Part shown: in pieces, positions 18,819 through 29,572 of the stretch | Layout: every line of letters begins with the position of its first letter | How positions within the stretch are numbered: position 1 is the stretch's first letter | Notes under the pieces: generated by a model | Seen by the model: the letters and a program-made list of their open reading frames with translations, nothing else | Told to the model about the DNA's origin: nothing | Database searches by the model: none | Position numbers and translations under genes: made by a program | Source: Myxococcales bacterium | GTDB lineage: Bacteria; Myxococcota_A; UBA9160; UBA4427 | DNA length: 64,000 nucleotides | Direction of reading: 5' to 3' | Assembly: GCA_022563535.1 (NCBI GenBank) | Contig: JADFNE010000016.1 | Location: 9,025-73,024, forward strand

Positions 18819-20916
18819 AGCCAAAGGGGCGGATCGGGCCCACGATGGATTCCTCCTGGGATCCGTTCACCTGCTCCTGCTCTGCAATCTCTTCATTGCA
18901 CAGCCCACTTACGACGTACTGAGGCGCAGTCCAGAGTTCTTCTTCGCCCATGACGTGGCTCTCATGGATGTGCTCGTGCTGGTGCTCGTCCTCAGTCTGC
19001 TCATCTCACTCCCGCTGATCGTGGCAACGGGGGTGGCGGGACTCTTCGCAGAGGCGGTGCGCCGCTGGGTTCAGACGCTATTGCTCTTTCTCCTCACCAC
19101 ATGCGGATTGCAACTTGCGCTGCGAAGCAGCGCGACATTTGAAACGCTTGCGATCCCTGTTGCAATTGCGGGCGCGCTTTGCTTCTGCGTCACGTACCGG
19201 CGTTACTTGGCGGTGCGACTGAGCATGACCATGGCGTCCCCCGCGGTGCTCGTGATCGCGACGCTCTTTGTCTGGAACCTGGCCTCTACCGGAATCCTCT
19301 CATCCGTCGCCGAGGTACAGCGATCCGTTCGAATCGATGGCGCCAGCCCGAAGTCGGTCGTGATGATCGTATTCGACCAACTTTCGACCTCCAGCCTGCT
19401 CGGCTCCAACGGCGCGGTTGATCGCACGCGGTTACCGGCGTTTGCTCGACTCGCGGATGATTCGATCTGGTTTCGCAACGCGACCACAGTTGCGGAATCT
19501 ACCGTGACTTCGGTGCCGGCCATCCTGACCGGGCGGTTCCCCGTGGAAGCAAACCCGTTCCCACCACCGAGTTCAGTCGGCTACCCCGAGAACCTGATTG
19601 GCTTCATCGCCTCTTCGCACATGGCCAACGTATCCGAGGAGATCACGCGCTTCTCCCCGCGGAGCATGCGCGAGCCGCCTCCGGACTTCATCCAACGCAG
19701 CACGAGGTTGCTGCGAGACGTCGGCATCGTCTCTGCCCACGTGTTGCTGCCCGAACACTGGCGCTTCGGCATTCCCACGATCGAGGGCGAGGTTGCATTC
19801 TTCGGCCTGCGGGAAGGCGACGCCCTCGATCACGCAAATGCGATGAGCGAGGGAGCCCGGATCGCTCAAGTGTCGCGGTTTCTCGATCGCATGCAGGAGG
19901 TGACGCAAAGCGCCGACGGGCTCGCGCCGACGTTCCATTTCTTGCACATCGTTCTCCCACATACCCCCTACAACTTTCGACCCGACCGCAGTCAATACAC
20001 ACGCCGTTGGTGGGTGCCGGGTTTGCGCAGCAGCTGGGGCTACTGGTACCGCGGCGAGGAGCCTGCTCGCCAAGGCTTGCAGCGCTATCTCCTGCAGCTC
20101 CTGCTCGTAGACACGCTGCTGGGCGAGATTCTCGACCGCATGCAGGCACTCGGTCTATACGACGATTCACTGCTGCTCGTCACTGCGGACCACGGATCCA
20201 GCTTCACACCAAAAGCTCACTCGCGTGCGATCACTCCTGAAACCCGAACGGACGTTCTTTACGTCCCGCTTTTCTTGAAGCTCCCGGGCAAAAGGCAGGG
20301 AATCAACGATGACCGCAACGCACAAACGGTAGACATCCTGCCGACGATCGCAGACTTCATTGATGTTCCACTGCCCTGGTCCGTGGATGGACGCTCGCTA
20401 CTCGCGGCCCCACAGACGATGCCCAAGGAAAAGCATGCCTTTATCACCGTTGGATACCGGGGACTGAAGGCCTTCGACGCAACCGATGGAGGAGAGTTTC
20501 ACTCTCTTGTGCCCATGATGGAGAGACTGGTCTACGAGCCTGAACGACGCTGGCTGCGGCTCGCGAGTTCCCGTGACGATCTCTTGGGGCAAAGCCTGAA
20601 GGAGATCGAAGGCCAACTCGAGTCCTCTGGCAAACTTCCTTTGATTCTCTTCGGAGCCGATGAAGCGACGGACGATTCGGACGCCGTCTTCGAATTGCGC
20701 TCTGGATGGATCCAGGGTCAGATTGAAGCGCCCCCCGGGCAGCTACATCATCAGTGGGACGTCGTCATCGCGGTTGAGGGCAAAGTCCGGGCGGTGACGC
20801 GCAGCTTCCGGATCCGGCGCACAAAGCACTATTTCGCAGCGCTGCTGGCTACTGAAGACATTCCAAAAGGCAGCGGCGAGGTCGAAGTTCGAATCTTGAA
20901 GGACGAACGAGAGTAG
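18808..20916 (+). CDS. Membrane-anchored alkaline-phosphatase-superfamily (sulfatase-like/LtaS-like) transferase
   Basis: About 5 N-terminal TMs, VMIVFDQ, T..SVPAILTG (Thr nucleophile, no CxPxR), HIVLPHTPY, VTADHG, VDILPTI. Confidence 0.8.
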   Translation: MKGEAKGADRAHDGFLLGSVHLLLLCNLFIAQPTYDVLRRSPEFFFAHDVALMDVLVLVLVLSLLISLPLIVATGVAGLFAEAVRRWVQTLLLFLLTTCGLQLALRSSATFETLAIPVAIAGALCFCVTYRRYLAVRLSMTMASPAVLVIATLFVWNLASTGILSSVAEVQRSVRIDGASPKSVVMIVFDQLSTSSLLGSNGAVDRTRLPAFARLADDSIWFRNATTVAESTVTSVPAILTGRFPVEANPFPPPSSVGYPENLIGFIASSHMANVSEEITRFSPRSMREPPPDFIQRSTRLLRDVGIVSAHVLLPEHWRFGIPTIEGEVAFFGLREGDALDHANAMSEGARIAQVSRFLDRMQEVTQSADGLAPTFHFLHIVLPHTPYNFRPDRSQYTRRWWVPGLRSSWGYWYRGEEPARQGLQRYLLQLLLVDTLLGEILDRMQALGLYDDSLLLVTADHGSSFTPKAHSRAITPETRTDVLYVPLFLKLPGKRQGINDDRNAQTVDILPTIADFIDVPLPWSVDGRSLLAAPQTMPKEKHAFITVGYRGLKAFDATDGGEFHSLVPMMERLVYEPERRWLRLASSRDDLLGQSLKEIEGQLESSGKLPLILFGADEATDDSDAVFELRSGWIQGQIEAPPGQLHHQWDVVIAVEGKVRAVTRSFRIRRTKHYFAALLATEDIPKGSGEVEVRILKDERE

Positions 20917-20974
20917 CGATCGCAAAGCCAAGGCTTTGTTCCGTCCATCATGCACGCGGGCTTCGTTCTTCCGA

Positions 20975-21514
20975 TCAGCCCTGCCCCGTCAGCTTCGCCA
21001 CGATCTCGTCGATGGCCTTGTCCGCGATCTGCACCATCTCTTCATCCGTGCGGTCCTGGATGGGATGTTCGGTAAAGACGGGTGAGGCTTCGAAGCCAAG
21101 CGACCGGGCTTGCGATGCTGCCGCGCTGACGAACTCGTTCGAGGCGATGAAGACCGACGCTACGCCCTGCTCTTCCAGTGCTTTCGTGTCGTGCACACTG
21201 CACGACGTGCAGCTGCCTCAGTCCGCCAGGGCTTCGACCACCGCCGCGCACTCGTTGGCAATTTGCTGACGCAGGTCGAAGGGTGCGGGTTTCGTGAAGG
21301 TCGGCTTGCGGAAGCGCTTGATCAGGGCGCCGCGTTTGGTCAGCTCGGCTTCGAGGCGATCGAGGAAAATGTCGCCCCGGGCCTTTGAGATGTCGAGCAG
21401 ACCAATGGTCAGTCCCTCGATTGTTTCAGGTCGCGGGATTCGTTCGCGTTGAACGAGAGCCTGTTCGCCGGTCGGGTCGAGGATCACCCGTTCTGCTTCG
21501 GTGTGTGCGCTCAT
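20975..21514 (-). CDS. UGSC-family selenoprotein (179 aa, Sec at codon 99 = TGA 21218-21220)
   Basis: ORFs 21218..21514 and 20975..21196 are in one frame, separated only by TGA: EALAD-U-GSCTSCSVHD; hairpin follows the UGA; ATG 21514 overlaps the upstream stop. Confidence 0.88.
21188..21206 (-). promoter_or_regulatory. Putative bacterial SECIS hairpin
   Basis: GTCGTGCA-GTG-TGCACGAC, 8-bp stem starting 11 nt after the UGA, G-U in the loop. Confidence 0.7.
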
Positions 21515-22953
21515 GCTTGAACCTCCTTCAAGATCACTTGACTTCCCATCTCGCCGCCCACCCAGCCTGCGATGACCGCTGAAAAAAGACCCGCCGAGCC
21601 ACCGCAGTGCACGATGTATATGCCACCGGGCCGAAACTTCGGAACCGTTTCCACGGAGATCGGTCCCTGGGTACCCTCGGCCATGCCGCCAGCGCCGCGC
21701 AATAGTTCTTCGCTGGGAATGGCGCACAACTCGTGCAAGCGCGCGGTCAATTGAGCTTTATCCCAGCCGGCTTCCGCAAAGATCCGGGCGTGTTCCGGCG
21801 ACACGAGCAGCAGGCAGTCAAAAGCCAACACGATCTTTGGGTGGTAGAGCCCGCGCAGGGTCGCGGCAAAACTGCGCGACAAAGATTCGGGTTCGCGCGA
21901 AAGCTGATCGAGGATGGTGCGGGGCCCTTCCCCGGGAAATAGCGTCACGGTGTCGCGCCCCGCCTCGGAACCGAGATCGACGGACAGCGGCTGCCAGGGA
22001 GAATCTTCTTCGTTTTCGGCGATGCAGAATCCCAATTTTCCGGGGTGTCCGAAGACGGCGCGATCGACTTCTCCGGGTCGGCCCCCGCCGACGTTTCGCA
22101 CCACCAACTGCAACGCCCGTCCAATGGTCGCATTGGCACGGTTTCCCTGGCCCAGGGAATTCACTCCGGAATTCATTCCGAGTCGCTTTCGGATCGGGCC
22201 GTTGACGATCAATACCGGCCCAGCACTCAGCGTCGTGGCCAGCAGGCCATGCATGTTGAATTGGTCCGTGCAGGCAGCTTCGACTGCGGCGAGGACAAGC
22301 GGGAGATATTCGGGACGACAACCTGCCATGACTGCATTGATCGCGACTTTCTCGACCGTGCACTCGACCAGGTCCGAGGGCACCACGGCCACCACTTCGT
22401 CGGGTTTGCGCGCCGTCCCTTCGAGCATGGCGAGCACGCGCTTTTCGGTCGGGGGAACCAATGGCAAGCCATCGCTGAAGCCGTGGCCGTAGAGTGCTTC
22501 GATATCGTCTTCGAGTCGCGCCAATGGGATGCGTCGAGAGCGCAGGGTGTCGACTCCGAAGCGCAGCAACAAATCTGTCGCGTGCTCGGGGTCGACCGAG
22601 AGCGAACCGCAGCCGGGCCGCATTGCGGGCAGGTCTGCGCCGAGCCCCCTCATACCGCTGAGGGCTTCCCATTCTTCGCGGTGCCAGCCGAGCACACGTT
22701 CTTTCTCGATGCCGTCTTCGATCCGCAGCAACGTGGGAACAGCTTCGATGTTTTGATGCCAGGAAACTTCGAGGGAGCAGTCGTCCGAAACCTCGATATC
22801 ACTGGGAAAGTCGGGATCGTCTTGACTGTAGACCGTGAGCGCGCCGCCCTGGGCTAGCTGTCGCAAGACCGGGGCCACCAATTCGCAGGTAGGGCAATCT
22901 CGCTTTACGAACGCGACGATGCCGTTGGGTAGCGGTGCACTCGATCGAACCAC
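21511..22953 (-). CDS. Thioredoxin-fold (CPTC) domain fused to a large uncharacterised domain; partner of the UGSC protein
   Basis: VKRDCPTC, AVPTL, RPGCGS, then DGLPLVPPT, VEKVAINAVMAGC, GNRANATIGRA, AENEE; GTG 22953 with GGAGG RBS. Confidence 0.85.
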   Translation of the reverse strand: MVRSSAPLPNGIVAFVKRDCPTCELVAPVLRQLAQGGALTVYSQDDPDFPSDIEVSDDCSLEVSWHQNIEAVPTLLRIEDGIEKERVLGWHREEWEALSGMRGLGADLPAMRPGCGSLSVDPEHATDLLLRFGVDTLRSRRIPLARLEDDIEALYGHGFSDGLPLVPPTEKRVLAMLEGTARKPDEVVAVVPSDLVECTVEKVAINAVMAGCRPEYLPLVLAAVEAACTDQFNMHGLLATTLSAGPVLIVNGPIRKRLGMNSGVNSLGQGNRANATIGRALQLVVRNVGGGRPGEVDRAVFGHPGKLGFCIAENEEDSPWQPLSVDLGSEAGRDTVTLFPGEGPRTILDQLSREPESLSRSFAATLRGLYHPKIVLAFDCLLLVSPEHARIFAEAGWDKAQLTARLHELCAIPSEELLRGAGGMAEGTQGPISVETVPKFRPGGIYIVHCGGSAGLFSAVIAGWVGGEMGSQVILKEVQA

Positions 22954-23101
22954 AATTACGCCTCCGCGATTCCCGACACTGTAGGGGGCAACCGAGGCAC
23001 TCGCCAAATCCGGTCTCCGGGAAGCCGTGTTCCATTCGGACGGCGATCCGGGCTCGTGTTAGTCTCTGCCCCGCTGCTGTTTGAGGGGGGCCGTCCGTTC
23101 G

Positions 23102-24622
23102 ATGCGTAGGTTCGCGATCGCCGCGTGTGTGTTTTTGATCGGACTCGCCGTCTCGTGCAGTCTTCTGCTTCCCGAACGCTTCGTGGTCAATGTGCCTCTT
23201 GCCGGAATGCTGTTCGGCCACACGATCGGCGCGCCTTCTTCGAATCAGATTCAAAGCCGTTTTCAGCTGCAACCGGGCTTTGGCCTCTCGCTCTACGCCA
23301 ACAAGCTGAAGCACGTTCGCTGGCTCCACCCGACGCCCACAGGTGACCTGATTGCCAGCAGGCCGCGATCGGGCGATGTGATCCTGATTGCAGCGGATGC
23401 AGACGGCGACGGCCGCAGTGACGGGACCTTCCCTCTACTCGAGAATTTGAATCGCCCGCAGGGCCTCGAACTCTTCGATGGGTGGTTGTATGTCGCGGAA
23501 ACCAACGCGATCGGCCGGGTGCGCTACGACGCCCAGTCGAGAACAGTGAACGGTGACTTCGAACGCATCGTGACCGGTATCCCTTCGCGGGGCAATCACT
23601 GGAGCCGCACAATCGGCATGGGACCCGATGGGTTTCTGTACTTGAGCATCGGTTCATCGTGCAACGCTTGCACCGAAGATGGTGAGCGAAGGGCTGCCAT
23701 GTACCGCTACCGACCGGACGGAACCGGAGGCGAACTCGTCGCCTACGGTTTGCGCAACGCGGTCGGTTTCGATTGGCAACCCGGAACCCTCGATCTCTAC
23801 GCCACGGACAATGGGCGCGATCTACTGGGGGACGACTTCCCACCCTGCGAATTGAATCTCATCGAGATGGGCGGGTTCTACGGCTGGCCATTCGCAAACG
23901 GTGACCGCGTACCCGACCCGGACTTTGGAGCTGGACAAGAGGCACGAATCCTCGCGTCCATTCCCCCCGTTCACAGCTTTCGGGCCCACAACGCACCGCT
24001 CGGGATCAGTTTCATCCGCGGTGATCGGGTTCCAGCCGCTCTTCGCGGAGCGGCGTTGGTCGCACTCCACGGGTCCTGGAACCGAACGATCAAAGACGGA
24101 TACCGCGTCGTGTCTCTTCGCTGGCTACCCGACGGGACGATTCGCGAAGAAGACTTCTTGAGTGGCTTCGAACAAGACGGGGATGTCATCGGTCGACCCG
24201 TTCATGTCGTCGAGGGCCGTGACGGAGCCTTCTATATTTCTGATGACTACGCGGGTGCAATCTGGCGAGTTGCGTATGGCGAAGAAAACGCCAGCAATCT
24301 CGACCCCACTCGATCGAGGCGAAACCAAGGTTCTTCAGATCCGCTTGCTGGCATCTCCAATACACTTCGCGCGAGCCTGTCCCTGGAGGGAGCGTCTTTG
24401 TACGAGCTTCATCGCTGCGCAACCTGTCACGATCCCGCACAGTCAAAACTCGGCATTTCGGTCAAGCCGCTGGACCATCTCGCGGAGCGCTACGACCTGA
24501 ACGCCCTCGAAGCACTGCTCGCAGCGCCCCCTTCGCCGATGCCGAGCTACCCACTGACCGCAGAAGAAAAGCGCGCACTCGCGGTTTATCTTCTTTCCAA
24601 GATCCACACGTCTGGTCGCTGA
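23102..24622 (+). CDS. PQQ-dependent sugar/sorbosone dehydrogenase-like beta-propeller with C-terminal cytochrome c
   Basis: GSSCNAC, GLRNAVG, DNGRD, YGWP, AHNAPLG, HGSWNR, GRP, SDDYAG; C-terminal CATCH...MP. Confidence 0.88.
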   Translation: MRRFAIAACVFLIGLAVSCSLLLPERFVVNVPLAGMLFGHTIGAPSSNQIQSRFQLQPGFGLSLYANKLKHVRWLHPTPTGDLIASRPRSGDVILIAADADGDGRSDGTFPLLENLNRPQGLELFDGWLYVAETNAIGRVRYDAQSRTVNGDFERIVTGIPSRGNHWSRTIGMGPDGFLYLSIGSSCNACTEDGERRAAMYRYRPDGTGGELVAYGLRNAVGFDWQPGTLDLYATDNGRDLLGDDFPPCELNLIEMGGFYGWPFANGDRVPDPDFGAGQEARILASIPPVHSFRAHNAPLGISFIRGDRVPAALRGAALVALHGSWNRTIKDGYRVVSLRWLPDGTIREEDFLSGFEQDGDVIGRPVHVVEGRDGAFYISDDYAGAIWRVAYGEENASNLDPTRSRRNQGSSDPLAGISNTLRASLSLEGASLYELHRCATCHDPAQSKLGISVKPLDHLAERYDLNALEALLAAPPSPMPSYPLTAEEKRALAVYLLSKIHTSGR

Positions 24623-24672
24623 CACCAGAGTCGTTACGCTTTCTAGCATCAGACATCCGGGGGGACGTCGCC

Positions 24673-26106
24673 ATGGGACACCGAATCCTTCGCAAGACCA
24701 AGATCATCGCCACGATCGGTCCGGCCTCGGACTCGGTCGATACGATCAAGGCCATGATCCGCGCCGGGATGAACGTGGCGCGTCTGAATTTCTCTCACGG
24801 CAGCCACGCCGAACACCGCAAACACATTGATACCATTCGACAGGCCTCTGCCGAACTCGAAACGCACCTCGCCATTCTGCTCGATACCCGGGGCGTCGAA
24901 ATTCGCACGGGGCGTCTCGAAGGAGGCAGCGCGACGCTCACCACCGGCCAAACCTTCGACCTCTATGCAGACAATCGCCTCGGAAACGCCTCCGGAGTCT
25001 CGATCAGCTACAAAAAACTGGCAGATGAAGTCGAGCAGGGTTCGCGAATCTTGATCGACGATGGCGTCATCGAACTACGGGTCAAAGAAATTCGAGACGA
25101 TCATGTCCACTGCACGATCAACCGCGGCGGCCTGCTCGGCGACCGCAAGGGCGTCAACATCCCGGACATCAACATCGCCTACCCCGATATTTCGAGTCAA
25201 GATCGCGACGATATCCTGTTCGCGATTCAACACGACATCACTTACATCGCAGCGTCGTTCGTGCGCAGCGCGGGAGATGTGATCGCCATTCGACGCATCC
25301 TCGAAGAGCACAATGCCGTCATTCCGATCATTGCCAAGATCGAGAACCGTGAGGGAGTTGAAAACCTGGATGAAATCATCGCGGCGGCCGACGGGACCAT
25401 GGTCGCGCGAGGCGACCTGGGGGTAGAGATCGAACTCCAGGACGTCCCAATCATCCAGAAGCGCATCATTCATTCGACGGTCGGGGCTGGCAAGCCCGTA
25501 ATTACCGCGACGCAGATGCTCGACTCGATGGAACGCAACCCGGTCCCGACCCGAGCCGAAGTCAGCGATGTTGCGAATGCGATTTTCGATGGGACTTCTG
25601 CGGTCATGCTGTCCGGGGAAACGGCTTCAGGCGCTTATCCAGTCGAAGCGGTTCGCACCATTGCAGCACTCGCGCTGCGGGCCGAGGCTTCGCTGACCGA
25701 CTACGGCCACTTGCAGCACACCAACACCGAGACTGCGGACAAGGTCACGGATGCGGTCAGTCAGGCCGCCATCACCATGGCCCATCACCTGAACGCGGCC
25801 GCGATCGTGACCCTGACCGAAACGGGCTTCACCTCGCGGTCGATCTCCAAGTTTCGCCCGCGCTGCCCCATCCTCGCCATCACCGTCTCAGCGGACGTGG
25901 TCAGAAAGCTCTCGATGAACTGGGGCGTTACGGGAATCCACTTCGACGGGGAGGGTTCCGACGACGAGATGCTTGCCTTCGCCGTACGCCGCGGCGTGGA
26001 GTTGGGCTACATCGACCCGGGAGACATCATCGTCGCGACCCATGGAGTGGACCGCGAGTCGGGAAGCACGAGCATGATCCGCGTCCTCGATGTGCCCGAG
26101 TCATGA
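24673..26106 (+). CDS. pyk: Pyruvate kinase
   Basis: KTKIIATIGP, ARLNFSHG, IIAKIE, MVARGDLGVE, TATQMLDSM, PTRAE, MLSGETA. Confidence 0.97.
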   Translation: MGHRILRKTKIIATIGPASDSVDTIKAMIRAGMNVARLNFSHGSHAEHRKHIDTIRQASAELETHLAILLDTRGVEIRTGRLEGGSATLTTGQTFDLYADNRLGNASGVSISYKKLADEVEQGSRILIDDGVIELRVKEIRDDHVHCTINRGGLLGDRKGVNIPDINIAYPDISSQDRDDILFAIQHDITYIAASFVRSAGDVIAIRRILEEHNAVIPIIAKIENREGVENLDEIIAAADGTMVARGDLGVEIELQDVPIIQKRIIHSTVGAGKPVITATQMLDSMERNPVPTRAEVSDVANAIFDGTSAVMLSGETASGAYPVEAVRTIAALALRAEASLTDYGHLQHTNTETADKVTDAVSQAAITMAHHLNAAAIVTLTETGFTSRSISKFRPRCPILAITVSADVVRKLSMNWGVTGIHFDGEGSDDEMLAFAVRRGVELGYIDPGDIIVATHGVDRESGSTSMIRVLDVPES

Positions 26107-26131
26107 GACGCCTGCTTCCGGGGCGTCTACT

Positions 26132-26518
26132 CTAGGCTGCGCTAGAGGCCATTGCTTCAAGAAAATCGAGCGTCGAGACAATGCCCACCAGCGAATCGCC
26201 GTCGTACACCAGTACCCGATGCACATGGGCATCGACCATCGTCTTTGCCACGCTCGCAACCGTATCGTCAGTCTGCGCGCAGAGAACGTCCGACGTCATG
26301 ATTTCCCACACCTCGGCACCGCGCTTCAACAGCGTCGGGTCCTCGACATAACCCCCCAGTAAATCGGTCTTCGACACGATGCCGACGAGCTCACCGGTAC
26401 TCGCCACGACGGGAGTGCCACTGATCTGGTGCTGCTTGAGGATCTGTTCAAGTGAGGAGACCTTGAGATTCGGCGAAACCGTCTCCACGGGTCCGTTCAT
26501 GATTTCACTGATCTTCAA
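26132..26518 (-). CDS. CBS-pair domain protein
   Basis: Two CBS repeats ([35 protein letters not shown]); TTG 26518 with GAGGAG RBS. Confidence 0.88.
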   Translation of the reverse strand: MKISEIMNGPVETVSPNLKVSSLEQILKQHQISGTPVVASTGELVGIVSKTDLLGGYVEDPTLLKRGAEVWEIMTSDVLCAQTDDTVASVAKTMVDAHVHRVLVYDGDSLVGIVSTLDFLEAMASSAA

Positions 26519-28112
26519 GGGTAGTCTCCTCTTCGCTTTCAGCGCCCTCGGATTCCAACTCCAGTACAGAAGCAAGGGACCGGACCAGCTCCTTGACCCG
26601 AAGCGGCTTCGTCAAAAAATCGTTCATCCCTTCTCGTTCACATCGCTTGCGATCCTTGACCATGGCATTTGCGGTGAGTGCGACGATGGGGATCTCAGAC
26701 AAAGGGCCGTCCATGGCGCGAATGGCTCGCGTGCAGTCGAATCCGTCCATGTTTGGCATCTGGCAGTCCATCAAAATCACGTCGGGGCAATAGGATTCGA
26801 GGTGACACAGGGCATCACAACCATCCACTGCAACCTGCACGACACAACCCAAGCGCTCGAGAATCTTCCTGGCCACCTTCTGATTGACCGCGTTGTCCTC
26901 TACCAGCAGCACCTGCTTTCCCTGGAGGAGCGACGATTCAAATCCCGCCGCACCGCCGGCGCCCAGATTGTCCGAGGGAGGCATCGCAATTTCGAGGTCG
27001 AGATTGATTGTAAAGGTCGAGCCAACGTCAACTTCACTCGTCAGTGAGAGCGAGCCCCCCATCAGTTCTACCAGCTGGCGCGAGATCGCGAGACCGAGCC
27101 CGGTTCCGCCGTGCTTGCGGGTATTGGAAGCGTCGGCCTGCGTAAACTGTTCAAAGACGAGCTCGATCTTCTCTTCGGAAATACCAATTCCGGAATCCTT
27201 CACGGAGATCGCCAATTGACGGCGCCCATTGGAATCGTCCAAGACGTCCAAATGCACGGTGACGGAACCAGATTTGGTGAACTTGATGCCGTTCGCAATA
27301 AGGTTCAGCAAGACCTGACCGAGGCGTCCCTGGTCTCCGAACACCCAGCAGGATTCGACTTCATGAATGCCGTCGAGTGTCAATCCGCCATCGTGCGCCA
27401 ATGACCGCAGCAAAATGACGGAGTCATCGAGCGACTGACAAAGGTCAAAGGGCAGCCTGTCGAGAACCAGCTTGCCGGCTTCCGCTCTCGAGTAGTCGAG
27501 AATGTCCTTGATGATCGAGAGCAGCGCGTCGCCCGAGCGAGCGATTGTTCCCACGAGATCTCGCTGATCGTCATTCAGGTCGCTATCCAGCAGCAGAGCG
27601 GCCATTCCCACCACCGCATTCATCGGGGTTCGGATCTCGTGACTCATGTTGGCCAGGAATTCGGACTTGGCGACATTTGCGGCCGTCGCCTGTTCAGCCG
27701 CCTTGCTGAGTTCTGCTTCGAGGCGCGCGCGGTGGCTCGTGTCCTCAAGCGTAAAGATCGTATACAGCACTTCGCCCGCAGCCGTTTCGATATAGACCGC
27801 GCGCCCGTGCACCATGATCACTTCACCGTCCGGCCGCATCAGCCTGAAGTCGGTCGACAATTCCCTGCCCTGATCGTGGGATAAATCGAGTTCTTCCTGG
27901 AGCCAATCGCGATCCATGGGGAGGATCAGATTGATCCACGCAGTTCCCATGAGTTCTTCGTCATCAAAGCGGGAGAGTTCGCGCCAGCGCTGATTGACAT
28001 AGATGCAGTGCTGGTCGCGATTGAGGATCATCAACGAAACAGGCAGGCGCTCACAGAAGGTCTCAAAGGAGATCCCCTCGCAAAACTCGATACTGCCGCC
28101 CTGTTTCGCCAT
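26505..28112 (-). CDS. Cytoplasmic hybrid sensor kinase (PAS-HisKA-HATPase-REC)
   Basis: [53 protein letters not shown]. Confidence 0.93.
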   Translation of the reverse strand: MAKQGGSIEFCEGISFETFCERLPVSLMILNRDQHCIYVNQRWRELSRFDDEELMGTAWINLILPMDRDWLQEELDLSHDQGRELSTDFRLMRPDGEVIMVHGRAVYIETAAGEVLYTIFTLEDTSHRARLEAELSKAAEQATAANVAKSEFLANMSHEIRTPMNAVVGMAALLLDSDLNDDQRDLVGTIARSGDALLSIIKDILDYSRAEAGKLVLDRLPFDLCQSLDDSVILLRSLAHDGGLTLDGIHEVESCWVFGDQGRLGQVLLNLIANGIKFTKSGSVTVHLDVLDDSNGRRQLAISVKDSGIGISEEKIELVFEQFTQADASNTRKHGGTGLGLAISRQLVELMGGSLSLTSEVDVGSTFTINLDLEIAMPPSDNLGAGGAAGFESSLLQGKQVLLVEDNAVNQKVARKILERLGCVVQVAVDGCDALCHLESYCPDVILMDCQMPNMDGFDCTRAIRAMDGPLSEIPIVALTANAMVKDRKRCEREGMNDFLTKPLRVKELVRSLASVLELESEGAESEEETTLEDQ

Positions 28113-28300
28113 CAAACTGAACCCATAGGCCGTAGACCGCTCTGCATACCGCGGTACAGGGTCTTCGAAACGGCAAAACGGGGGCGTTAGGCGATGGATG
28201 AATCTCCGGAATCTTGCCCCGAAAACTCCCCAGAGTCGGGGATGCAAGGGTCCTGAATCCAGCAGCCTTTCTCGGGCAACAGGTTGCGAGAATGGAGCGG

Positions 28301-29533
28301 CTACGACTCTGGAGTAAAGACCACTTCCATCTTCTTACAGGTGCGCACCAGGGACGAGGGCTGGAACTGCGGCCCATCGCTTGCGTACTCCATGTCGGGA
28401 AGGCGACGCAGCAATTCGGCAAAGGCGACCTTCATTTCCATGCGAGCGAGATTGGCGCCGAGGCAAAAATGATTGCCAATTCCGAAGGCGATGTGGTGGG
28501 GATTGCGGTCGATATCAAACACCTCGGGCGACTCGAACTCCCTTTTGTCATGGTTGGCCGTGCTGTAGACCATGAAAACCTTGTCGCCCTGACGAATTTT
28601 CTTGTCTCCGAGTTCCGTGTCCTCGACGGCGGTACGGCAGAAGGAGCGGATCGGCGTGACCCAGCGCAACATTTCTTCGACGGCCTGAGGAATCAGACTG
28701 GGATCATCGATCAGGCGCTGTCGCGCTTCCGGGTTTTCGATCAGACATTGCATGCCCCCAGAAATGCCGTTGCGCGTGGTTTCGTTGCCGGCCACGAGCA
28801 ACAGGACCATGAACATCACCAGCTCTTCTTGCGCGACTTCCCCGCCGTCGCCAATGAAGGCCGTGTCCTGCTGTTCCATGTGGGTATGCAGCAGCCCGTC
28901 GGTTTCCGCGCCGACCAAAATGCTCGCCAGATCATCCCGTGGGTTTTCGCGCCGATCGTCGAGAATTTCTCGTATGTAGGAGGTGTATTCGACGAAGGCC
29001 TGGCCTGCGGCCGCGACGATTTCCGGTTTGTCGAGATTTCCGTCGCCGGCAATCATGGCGTCCGACCATTGGTGAAAGCGCTCGCGATCATCGGGGCGGA
29101 TGCCAATCATCTCGGCGATCAACAGCAGCGGCATTGGGACCGCAAGATCGGTGACAAAATCGCATCGGCCCTTCTTCGCGACGGCGTCGATCGTTTCCGT
29201 TGCAATCCGGGTAAAGACTTCTTCTAGCTTCGAGACCATGCGGGGGGTGAAGCCACGATTGATCAGGCCACGCAGCTTGCCGTGACGCGGCTCGTCCTCG
29301 TCGATCAAGCTCAGCTTGATCGGCATTCCCGGTCGCACGCCCTCACCCGAACAGAAGAGCTGATTGTTTTTCGAAACGTAACTGACGTGCTCAAAACTCG
29401 TAACGATCCAGTGGCCACTCTTCTCAGACCAGAAAATCGGCTCATTCTCACACAAGCTGCGCAGCCGGCCTTCCATATCCGGGGTCCAATTGGCTGAACT
29501 CGTAAAATCGATATCCACATCCGTCATTTTCAT
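28301..29533 (-). CDS. Cytochrome P450 (CYP125/CYP142-like)
   Basis: [26 protein letters not shown] 29533 with AGGAG RBS. Subfamily is inference. Confidence 0.92.
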   Translation of the reverse strand: MKMTDVDIDFTSSANWTPDMEGRLRSLCENEPIFWSEKSGHWIVTSFEHVSYVSKNNQLFCSGEGVRPGMPIKLSLIDEDEPRHGKLRGLINRGFTPRMVSKLEEVFTRIATETIDAVAKKGRCDFVTDLAVPMPLLLIAEMIGIRPDDRERFHQWSDAMIAGDGNLDKPEIVAAAGQAFVEYTSYIREILDDRRENPRDDLASILVGAETDGLLHTHMEQQDTAFIGDGGEVAQEELVMFMVLLLVAGNETTRNGISGGMQCLIENPEARQRLIDDPSLIPQAVEEMLRWVTPIRSFCRTAVEDTELGDKKIRQGDKVFMVYSTANHDKREFESPEVFDIDRNPHHIAFGIGNHFCLGANLARMEMKVAFAELLRRLPDMEYASDGPQFQPSSLVRTCKKMEVVFTPES

Positions 29534-29572
29534 CGGGGGCACTCCTGGTTTGTCCACATGAACTGGTTCACT

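Noticed and set aside
18808..20916. Call as a true sulfatase
   Set aside because: Lacks the C/S-x-P-x-R formylglycine motif, unlike the gene at 42943.
21218..21220. TGA as a nonsense mutation (pseudogene), also considered for 40391-40393
   Set aside because: Both TGAs fall on redox-motif positions, the frames are intact on both sides, and matching hairpins follow. Sec is the better explanation, pending sel genes.
22600..22620. PGCGS motif as a third Sec site
   Set aside because: The codon is TGC (Cys) and the ORF is uninterrupted.
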